A DNA stretch of 64,000 nucleotides from contig NC_043005.1 of assembly GCF_006345805.1 (NCBI RefSeq), positions 12,648,001-12,712,000 of the forward strand, read 5' to 3'. Positions within the stretch are counted from its first letter, which is position 1; each line of letters begins with the position of its first letter. The stretch comes from Octopus sinensis. Lineage: Eukaryota. Made by a program: the position numbers and the translations under genes. Under the pieces are notes generated by a model, which did not search any database, was not told the DNA's origin, and saw nothing but the letters and a program-made list of their open reading frames with translations. Positions 53,301-64,000 of the stretch are shown here, piece by piece.

Positions 53301-54230
53301 ATATATATATATGAGGAGCTATATCTTTTTGAGCACGTGTCGTCTCTCCTCTTATAACTCTACCAGACTCATAGAGTATTGGTTGCAGTAAATCATAATT
53401 TCTTGTATTGTGATGAAATTATTAGACGAAGGTTTTGGTATCTTGCATTTAGTTACTGTTACATCTCTATCAATAATGTAAAGATGAGTATGTGTTTAGC
53501 GATAATTTTCCGAATTCAGAATAAAGGTAGAATCGCACAGCTGCCCTTGAATTCTATAGCATGAAAGTCACTTTCATTATGGTTCAAAGGAAACAAGAAA
53601 ATTATAATTTTAGATATTTTTGCTGAAATTATTAACTTCCACACTATTCGTACCATGGAACATTTTGAGTTTATAGGATAAAGCTGAAGGGAAAAGTAGT
53701 CATCATCTACCAGTATGGAAACAGTTTTAAGTCACGTTTCTGTGTCACAAAGTGTCACAATGAAGGCAACAATTCGCCATTTCTCTACTACTTTAGAGTT
53801 AACTAAAATTTTCATGCAAACACGAAATCGTTACTGACTTTGTCTGCTTCCAATATTTGTCAAGCAACTATTTTTCAGACAACTTTCCACATCACACTCG
53901 ATTCCTTTGTCGAAATGACATTTTTATAATATGCCTTCTATCATCCGTCTATATTATTTCTTCCCACATTTTCTGTCTCTCAATGTTGTCGCAGATAATC
54001 AGCCAACTATTTATGATGATTATTTACCGTTCATAATTTCCCTTCGTCTCTGCGGACTTTGTCTTTGATCCTAACGCTACCCACCACTTTTTTGCTCAGT
54101 CATGCTGGCTCTTTTAATTCATTGATTTTGTCTTAGGTTTTCTTTTCTCTCTCTCTCTCTCTCTTTGATCTTCACTAATTCGTCACATCTATATTCTCGT
54201 TCATGCTCTTGTCACTTCAGGTTTTTGATT
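50310..54230 (-). pseudogene. Decayed autonomous Helitron RepHel gene (HUH Rep and PIF1-like helicase)
   Basis: Collinear motifs across frames: charged N-terminus; CCLHC..NI*NYN..YRIQGQ..HLYIID; QFQDSLLIAAKFCKMDIFVTFT; HVTESY*RGL (degenerate EFQKRGLPHxH); VSVEIPD..IIRGSCG; NRYVISYN..FKYAYK; RLLLLHF..TVKG; LKLPVP; KIVIDE; HFRGKVYL..DQ; NLRV..KWLL. Interrupted by SINE A at 50728-51245. Confidence 0.8.
50728..51245 (+). mobile_element. SINE family A with expanded internal TG tract
   Basis: Head and tail recognisable; the tract at 50865-51100 contains a 78-bp duplicated unit. Confidence 0.8.
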
Positions 54231-54810
54231 TTTTTCCATGGTAAAGATATTTGTTATATGAAGTAAAAATAAAATCTTCAGAAATGTAAAAAAATATGGT
54301 AAAACATAACAAAGAACTGAGAAAACCTTCCTTGTTGCCTTACAGTTTGTCCCTTCTGACTATTACAAAAGATAATTGTTACAAATAAAAATATTTTCAT
54401 TTGAAAGCTTCTGATTCGTCTGGTTCAAACCATCGATTTTGTTGCCTAGGTGTATTTGTTTCAGTGTTAGGTGAGAATAACATGTGTGACGAAAAAGACT
54501 TGTTGAAATGTAAGATAAAAGATAATAGAAGATAACTTGAATCTTCCTCTCGTACTGTCTGCCATTCAACTGTAAGAAATGAAAATAACATTTGAGGTGG
54601 TGAAAATTCCACATTTTTGTGAATATTTTTATTCACATTTTGCTGCATATATTTATAGGTCTTCATAACATTGCATTATTTATTGTGCGAGAGAGTTTTT
54701 TTTCTTTTTTTTATGATAATGAGATAGAATATATTAGAACAGAAATGTTTGAAGACAAGTTGATAAAATTACAAAATTCTGATAAAGATATATGTGTGTG
54801 TATACATTTA

Positions 54811-54852
<42 letters not shown>

Positions 54853-55113
54853 TATATATACTTTGTCTTCGTTTCTTGTTTTCATATTCGTCTCTGTTTG
54901 CGTTTACATTCTTTCCTTCTACAAAGAAAATCTAATGCCCAAGCTTAGTTTTCCTTGGGGGTGGCCGATTTGGAGCAAAATTCTCAGAAAAAACAGCCGA
55001 AATTTGCCATGATGATTCGGTTTCTGACTGAAGAATGAAGGCTTCGAATGACTTGTCTGTTTTCCGTGTCGTCACTTCGTGTATTTCACGTTCTTATATA
55101 TAAAGTTTTAATA

Positions 55114-55157
<44 letters not shown>

Positions 55158-55211
55158 ATATTATATATATAATATATATATATATATATAGTATATTAGT
55201 ATATATATATA

Positions 55212-55263
<52 letters not shown>

Positions 55264-55310
55264 GTATATGTATGTATGTATGTATGTATATATAAATATG
55301 TATATAGATA

Positions 55311-55967
<657 letters not shown>

Positions 55968-56220
55968 CTTTATATAATACATTGAGTTATTCATTTTAGT
56001 GCCACTAATTTGAAATTCTCTCCCATGTGGACTCGGAAATAACTTCCCTAATATTAATACTTATTATATATAATATATATATAATCGTACATACATACAT
56101 ACATACATACATACATAATACTTCATACATGCATACATGTATGTATATATATACACAAATATTTATATATATATGTATATACATACACACACATATATGT
56201 AATGTATATATATATGTATG

Positions 56221-56260
<40 letters not shown>

Positions 56261-56326
56261 CATACATATATATATATACATTAGATATATGTATGTGTAT
56301 GTATATACATATATATATATATATTG

Positions 56327-56378
<52 letters not shown>

Positions 56379-56975
56379 GTATGCATGTATGAAGTATTAT
56401 GTATGTATGTATGTATGTATGTATGTACGATTTTGTCGAAAATTTTACTGTACACAATATTTTTCCCTACGTACAAAAACTTGTTAACTTTTTCTCTTTC
56501 CGTGTTGCCTTCTGATAAAATATACGTATAATAATCGAGGTTAACACAAGGTTATAGTTTTATAGAAAAGGAAACATTCGAACGCCTTTCGCGTCAAACC
56601 GAATAATGTTACAGATTGTAATTCTGAAATTAAATTTTTCCATTTTATTGGGTTCTTTGCGAGAAGAGATCATTTTCTCGCTATCTACTAACTATTTATT
56701 GCTACCACTAATATTATTATATCCGAATTGTGAATTCATTTATAGAAATTTGATTCCAAAGATATCCGAAGATAGAGTATATTCAAATATATGAAAGCCA
56801 GTATCACTTCCAAGGTGTTCCATCTGCCACCTGGTTATGGAAGTAAAATATATATATATGTGTGTGTGTGTGTGTTTATGTGTGTGTGTGTGAGTATTTT
56901 TGTGTGTGTACGCATACATACATCTACATATGCACACACACATATATATGCATACATATATATATACATATATAT

Positions 56976-57021
<46 letters not shown>

Positions 57022-57316
57022 GTGTGCGCGCGTGTGTATGTGTGTCTTGTGAAGGTGCGTAGCCTAGTGATTACTCACATGATCATACACAGGCCTCACT
57101 CGCACATACACACTCACTCACACTGACACACATACACGTGCGCGCGCGCGCGCCTGCTCACACGCACACACGAACTCACACGTTCACGATCAGAGATACC
57201 TTGGGAACTGAAGTAGCAAATAAGAAAAAAAAAAACACTTTATATATACAGAAATCTCAACAGGAAGATAGGACTACTAAAAAGTGAATAGTTCTACCAG
57301 TGGCAATGAGTTAGAT

Positions 57317-57981
57317 CAAGGGTCTCCAAAGTGGTCGATATCGATCCCTGGGGTTTGACGGAACTATTCAAGAGGTCAATAAACTCCCAAAACTGCACAT
57401 CTACTTATTATTTATTCATTTTCTCGTACATGCCGACAGGTCAATGAGAAGTTAAGGATTCCATGAAGGGGTCGATGGTATAAAAAGGCGGCGAGCTGGC
57501 AGAATTGTTAGCACGCCGGGAGAAATGCTTTGTGATATTTCATCCGCCGCTGCTTTCGGAGTTCAAATTCCGCCGGGGTCGATTTTGCCTTTCATCCTTT
57601 CGGGGTCGATAAATTAAGTACCAGTTACGCACTGGGGTCGATATAATCGACTTGATCCGTTTGTCTGTCTTTGTTTGTCCCCTGTGTTTGGCCCCTTGTG
57701 GGTAGTTAAGAAATAGGTATAAATAGGCGGCGAGCTGGCAGAATCGTTAGCACGCCAGGCGAAATGCTTTGTGATATTTCGTCCGCCGCTGCGTTCTGAG
57801 TTCAAATTCCGCCGGGGTCGATTTTGCCTTTCATCCTCTCAGGGTCGATTAAATAAATACCAGTTACGCACTGGGGTCGATGTAATCGACTTAATCCGTC
57901 TGTCTGTCCTTATTTGTCCCCTCTGTGTTTAGCCCCTTGTGGGTAGTAAAGAAATAGGTATAAAAAGTTTGGTGACCCCTG
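57317..57981. mobile_element. hAT-like MITE interrupted by a SINE dimer
   Basis: TIRs caagggtctccaaag / gtttggtgacccctg (reverse complement caggggtcaccaaac); no clean 8-bp TSD seen. Confidence 0.5.
57487..57957 (+). mobile_element. Head-to-tail dimer of full family B SINEs
   Basis: TSD ggtataaaaag at 57477-57487 and 57957-57967; near-copy ggtataaatag between the two units. Confidence 0.9.
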
Positions 57982-58344
57982 TGGACGGAATTTTATATGG
58001 TAGTAAATGCAGTAGTTGTGATGATAACGATAATATTGGTCTAAATAATTATGATGTTGGTGAAAGTAATGGCGGCACAAGCAGTGGTAATTATTTGCTG
58101 TAGAAGTGAAAGTCGAAAATGGAGATTAAAGCGTTGGTGTTAATGCGAAGTTGAAGCGGTAGTAATGATAATAATAATATAGACGATGTTAAAGATTATA
58201 ATTTTGATAATACTGATATAGGAGTGGTTACCCCATAAACAAGGTATCTTTGAGAGCTTGCTGATAAAGGCCAAGAACATGCCCCCGTTAGATCGGTTTG
58301 TGAGGGGGGGTAGCATTATCCGAGAAATCAATCTAAGCATTTCC

Positions 58345-58587
58345 CTATTCTTTTATTCTTTTATTTGTTTCAGTTATTTAACTGCGGCCATGCTGGAGCA
58401 CCGACTTTAGTCGAACAAATCTACCCCAGGGCTTATTCTTTGTAAGCCTAATGCTTATTCTATAGGTCTCTTTTGCCGAACCGCTAAGTTACGGGGACGT
58501 AAACACACCAACATCGGTTGTCAAGCGATGGTGGGGGACAATCAGACACAAAATTAAACACACATAAATACATGCATACATACATAC

Positions 58588-58620
<33 letters not shown>

Positions 58621-59020
58621 AATATATATTGTGTAGTAAGTAGCTTGCTTACCAACCATATTGTTCCCGGCTCAGTCCCACTGCGTAGAACCTTGGGAAG
58701 TGTCTTCTACTATAGCCTTGGGCCGATGAAAGCCTTGTGAGTGTATTTGGTAGACGGAAACTGAAAGAAGCCCGTCATATATATGTATATGTGTGTGTAT
58801 GTGTTTGTGTGTTTTGTGCCTGTGTTTCTCCCCCCAACATCGCTTGATAACAGATGCTGGTGTGTTTATGACCCCGTAACTTAGCGGTTCGGCAAAAGAG
58901 ATCGATAGAATAAGTACTAGGCGTACAAAGAATAATTCCTACAGTCAATTTTCTCGATTAAAAGCGGTGCTACAGTATGGCCGCAGTCAAATGACTGAAA
59001 CAAGTAAAAGAGTAAAAAGA
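58345..59020. mobile_element. Inverted pair of family A SINEs around (TA)n
   Basis: Minus-strand 3' half at 58345-58570 and plus-strand copy at 58630-59020. Confidence 0.85.
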
Positions 59021-59026
59021 GAATAT

Positions 59027-59068
<42 letters not shown>

Positions 59069-59070
59069 AT

Positions 59071-59144
<74 letters not shown>

Positions 59145-59292
59145 ATATATATATATTTCAATTCACCAATAATGTTTATATATATATATATGTACATATA
59201 TATATATGTTATCTAGAGAACATCACATATCAGGGAAGATATGAGTGAGAGGAATATATGGGTCAAATGGGGTCATCCAAGCTCGATGTTAA

Positions 59293-59323
<31 letters not shown>

Positions 59324-60029
59324 GTGTGGACACACGCACGTAAAATACATCCATGTGTGTGTATGTGTGTGTGTGTGTGTGTGTATGTGCGTGTGTTTGA
59401 GTATGCGTGAAAGTGTTATATAACCAGCATTAAAGACTATAGTACAATTCGTGAAACAATTTCTAGAAAGAAATTGATGCTGTTGGTCAAAAGAGATTCA
59501 TGCATATATCTTCAAAAATATATCTGTATAAAATACAGCATCATGTTCGCAACTCGAGAAATTCCTCAATTTTCCTTTGTTTTCGTTTTGTTGTTTTACT
59601 TTTTTGGGTTTTTTTTCCACGTGACACTTATTGTGTTGACCAAAATACAGTTAAGTTTTTCTTCTAATATAACAACGTATTAGTTTTTTTTTTGTTTTTT
59701 TTTTCAAATAACATATTGCTTTTTCTATTAATATCGCAAAATAGCAAAATATTCCATCTGCATTTAATATATAAGCGAGAACTTATCTGAAATAATATGA
59801 ATATATTATAGATAAATAGCCAATATATGTATGTATGTACGATGATGTTTAATATTGTGTGAATTATTGTAATTCACACAATATTTAATAATATTTACGC
59901 CTATGTTTATTTGTCTGCGGACGCTTTGGCTATTACTAGAATTAATGAAGATACCGGGGCGGACTGGCTAACATAGCCATACCTTAAAAAGGACAAAATT
60001 CAATGTGCCAATTCATAATGAATTACACG

Positions 60030-60420
60030 ATATTACCGTCCAAGACTTAACATTTGGCGCTACCTCTCTCAGAAGGAAGGGCAGCACCTATAGCCAGAGC
60101 CTATGTAGCTGGCGAGACAAAAGGAGAAAGTTTTCCTCAGCCATCTGGTACAGATGCTTTCGACATAGTGGACTCTGCTTAATGGACCAAAAATCACGCC
60201 TGCTGTTTCAAACGGAGTGTTGATTTAGGTCTGTAAACCACCCAAACCACCTGTCAAGCTTGCGGGTGAACGTAGCCTCAATAAGTTTATTAAGAACTGA
60301 AACATAGACTTGTTCGATAGAGATCGGCTCTACAACATCAGGCCAAGTCTTATGAAATATTTGGGTATAGTCTTGCCAGTGTGGATATGACAATTGCTTT
60401 GACATCTTATGGATTCAGGT
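60030..60420 (-). pseudogene. BEL/Pao-type LTR retrotransposon integrase relic
   Basis: One frame with two stops: NCHIHTGKTIPKYFIR..*SRSLSNKSMFQFLINLLRLRS..LGGLQT*INTPFETAGVIFGP, collinear with BEL H-x-H..GRSLV..C..C..MG.LP..PF..TGVDFxGP; then RVHY (RAVHL-like). Confidence 0.55.
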
Positions 60421-61076
60421 TCATGCCCCAACTGCCCTTCCCTACATACTTGTCTTCACTTCTTACATTCTTTGATGATATTTTCCCAATTGTAAACAGT
60501 GGCATAGTCTTATTGGTTTAGTCATAGAAACGTTTGTTAGGTGCAATCCTTTGTCGACATCACCAAACTCAATAACAACCGACCGGAACAAGCCTGCAGG
60601 AGATCAGAGCCTCAAGAGGTGTATTGCGTACTGGAAATGCGATTTATTTGGTAGGGACCGATTCTGCAGCATCAGAACAGGTTCTATGGAATATTTCAGA
60701 AGAAAATTATTCTATTTTTGAAACTTACGCAAGGAGAAAGACTATTTGACTATTTTTGATAAGGAACCCAACAAGCTGATTATTGCTATATCGAGAGTGA
60801 ATAACTGCCATTTTGGAAAATAAACCCGTCTTTTTTTTTTATTATTATTCCATTAATACTAAAACATATCTCGAAGATAATAATGATCTGAAAACAGAAG
60901 GGAGCAGTAAAAACATCACCTGCCAAACTGTTTCTGAAAATCGTGCGAAAATTTGGATAAAGTACTACCAGATACGCAATTTCCAACGAAAGATGGAATG
61001 GTCACAACTGGGAAGTAGTTTAGTCTGTATTTACTCATTTACGCTTGACCTTTTAAACAAACAGCAACAGCAGTGG

Positions 61077-61480
61077 AGGCGCAATGGCCCAGTGGCTAGG
61101 GCAGCGGACACGCGGTCGGAGGATCGCAGTTTCGATTCCCAGATCGGGCGCTATGTGTGTTTATTGAGCGAAAACACCTAAAGATTCACGAAGCTCTGAT
61201 AGGGGGTGGTGGCGACCCCTGTTGTACTCTTTCGCCCCAACTTTCTCTCACTCTTTCTTCCTGTTTCTTGTCCCCGACTTCCTACGCAACTACTGAGTCT
61301 GGATGGCATTCATCCATCCCTCGATGCTCTCGGTGTTGGGGGTTGACCTGCTTTCTCTTCTGCGGCTCTTACGAATAGCAAAGGACCACGTTTCGGACTT
61401 CTCCCATCTTGCGAGCTCTGGCACGAAGACCGTTCGCTCAATAGCAACAGTAACAGCAGCACACTACTGTTTGAATCAAG
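61077..61480 (+). mobile_element. tRNA-derived SINE family D
   Basis: ggcgcaatggcccagtggctagggcagcgg...gtttcgattcccagat; homologous to 47848-48146. Confidence 0.8.
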
Positions 61481-61974
61481 AGTTTGTTAGTTGAGTGTTT
61501 TGTTTAGAGTAAGCCGCGACACTGGATTCGTCTCTGAACGCTCATCCATCAGCGTTTTTATAATGCTACTCTGCGCTAATATAATAAATATAACAGCGCA
61601 GACATAACACTGAATGAAATCAAGTCAAAATTATGTTTCCATTACCTTAGTCGAATTAATAAACCAAATTTATTAGACTGATGTAAGATACGATCTGCTC
61701 AGTATCAAAGTTAACACTTTCTATTGGAATATATGTAACGAATTTCTATGTGGAGATATGACCATATACAGAGAGAGTGATAAAAAGAGAGAGAAAAAGA
61801 GAGGCACATACATATATATGAATGCACACACAGTCACACATTTACGCAAACGTATACATATATTTGTAGATATATATATACATTTATGCGTTTATATAAA
61901 GATATATATATATATATATATATAATATATATATATATACATACATATGAATATGATTACATATGTTATTCTTT

Positions 61975-62350
61975 TATTCTTTTACATGTTTCAGTCATTT
62001 GACTGCGATCATGCTGGAGCACCGACTTGAAGGTTTTAAGTCGAACAAACCGACCCAAGGACTTATATCTTAAACCTAGTACTTATTCTATCGGTTCTCT
62101 TTTCTCCGGACCGCTAACTTACGCAGACGTAAACACACCAACACCGGTTGTCAAGCGGTTATGGGGTCAAACACAGGCACAAAGATACCCCCAACACACA
62201 CGCACACACATATATATATGTGTGTATTTGTGTGTGTGTGTGTGACAGGCTTTCAGTTTCCGTCTACCAAATCCACTCACAAGCCTGTGGTCAGTCCGTG
62301 GCTATAGTAGAAGGTACTTGCCCAAGGTCCCACGCAATGGGACTGAATCC
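61975..62350 (-). mobile_element. SINE family A, head truncated
   Basis: Homologous to the other copies. Confidence 0.85.
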
Positions 62351-62804
62351 AATGCATACGTGTATACGTGTGCGTGAGCATTGATATATGTGTATGTATA
62401 TTCTGATTGAATCTACCATGTGTTAACATGTACCCCTTTGCGACAACATAAACTTTCATTTAATCAAGATACCCTTGGCCTGAAGAGTAGCCTGCGGTAA
62501 AAGACATCGCTTGAATATTTACAACTTCTGAGGTTCCGCTCGCTAAGAAACATATGTATCCCGGACCTCATCTACTCCATTCCTTAATTCTTGTGTTCTT
62601 ATTCGCAGAGCCAACAACCCTGGTCGCCTACCGGGATATATAAAAAGAACTTTTTCAGTTTATTCGAAACGAAAAATTCCACAACCTTCCCTATCAATAA
62701 ACCGCTATTGTTCCTGAAAATTATTTTTTTTTAATATTTACTACGGATTGCGTGAAGCTAATTTTCTTCCCAAACCTCGATCCTTGGCTCTCATATTCAT
62801 ATAC

Positions 62805-62836
<32 letters not shown>

Positions 62837-62889
62837 ATGTGTGTGTGTGTGTGAGAAAGAGAGAGATATAGATAGATAGATAGATTGAT

Positions 62890-62956
<67 letters not shown>

Positions 62957-62958
<2 letters not shown>

Positions 62959-63282
62959 ACAAAGTGTACGTACGTCGCCATATGTATATAAAAAGGTGTA
63001 CAAAAATGGGACAAGAACGCAAAACATCCAGACAGATGATACAAAAGAGGGACAAGAAAAAACACGGACGGGTCATTCGAAGTTGCAAAGATAATTTGGA
63101 ACTCGACTGAGGAACGAAAACTTCCAATGGCCCGCCCGTGTTTTTTTGTGTCTTTTTATCTATCATCTGTCTGTATGTTTTGTTGTCCTTTTGTATCATC
63201 TAGCTGTATGAATGTTTCGCGTTCTTGTCCCTTTTTTGTATTCCTTTATATATACATATGACGACGTACGTACACTTTGTTC
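62957..63282. repeat. Inverted pair of a repeat carrying a hammerhead-like remnant; other copies at 63790-64000 and 54860-55095
   Basis: Arms 62957-63084 and 63119-63282 share acaaagtgtacgtacgtcg.catatgtatata..gggacaagaacgc.aaacat. Confidence 0.8.
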
Positions 63283-64000
63283 CCTTATATGTAAGTACAT
63301 ATGTATATATATATACATTTTGTACGACTCTCTTATTCTTTCATTCTTTCTTTCTATCAGCCCCTTCATACTTATTTCGTTTTTTCCACTCTTCTTTCTT
63401 TCGTTCCCCCTCTCTCACATTCCTTGGCTTTCTCTTCATTTTCACTTAGCACTCACCCATTTTTTCTCGTCCTTCCCTAATTCTTCTGTCCCTCTGCATC
63501 TACCTCTCTTCTCTCTTGCCATGTGATCTGTGTTCGGCCAAGCCTGACCTTTCTTTCTTGGTGTGACTTCTATTAGTGCAACATCTATGTTCCTCCCCAT
63601 GCCAGTCATCTCTTATGTCCTTGCCGTAAGGTCTCACTTACACACACGCCAGCTTAATATAATTCGTCCTTAGTCGAGAGACAAGTGTTGTTTTATCCTG
63701 TTATTTGCATTGTATTTGTGTACCATTTCTCTGGTTTTTCCCCATCCTTGTTTTCGTATACATTCGCTGCTTTCTCCCAAGGAATTTAATGCTCTTTGCT
63801 TAGTTTTTTCCTTGAAGCTATCCAGATTGGAGCAATCTCGACTAAAACCAGCCGAAATTGCAAAGATAATCTGGAACTCGACTGAAGAAAGAAAACTTCG
63901 AATGACCCGTACATGTTTTTTTCTTGTCTCTCGTTTGTATCATCTGTCTGGATGTTTTGTTGTCCTTTTGTACCATCTAGGTATCTGGATGTTTTGCGTT

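Noticed and set aside
60208-60405. ORF segment DVVEPISIEQVYV resembling the Y-family polymerase motif EPLSIDEAY
   Set aside because: The catalytic DE is absent, and another frame of the same DNA fits a BEL integrase over a longer stretch.

Overview
AT-rich, repeat-dominated eukaryotic DNA, probably intronic or intergenic. The repeat families resemble what I recall of octopus (cephalopod) genomes; this is inference, not a database match. I found no host protein-coding gene, rRNA, true tRNA gene or CRISPR array that I can support, and most ORFs in the track are translations of microsatellites. The window holds: (i) five tRNA-headed SINE families in more than 25 copies; (ii) four R4/Dong-type RT plus restriction-like-endonuclease fragments next to (AAT)n tracts, and an unclassified ~555-bp retroposon in the same tracts; (iii) L1/Tx1 and Penelope fragments, Gypsy and BEL integrase relics, and three mariner relics plus a mariner MITE; (iv) a ~4-kb decayed Helitron RepHel gene that the ORF track misses, plus two non-autonomous Helitrons; (v) about a dozen type-I hammerhead ribozyme motifs, intact to degenerate. 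The better-preserved hammerheads have a self-complementary helix III. Several lie in or between long inverted repeats, and one sits inside a tRNA-headed SINE. All protein and RNA alignments were done by eye; coordinates of degenerate elements are approximate (about +/-10-30 bp).
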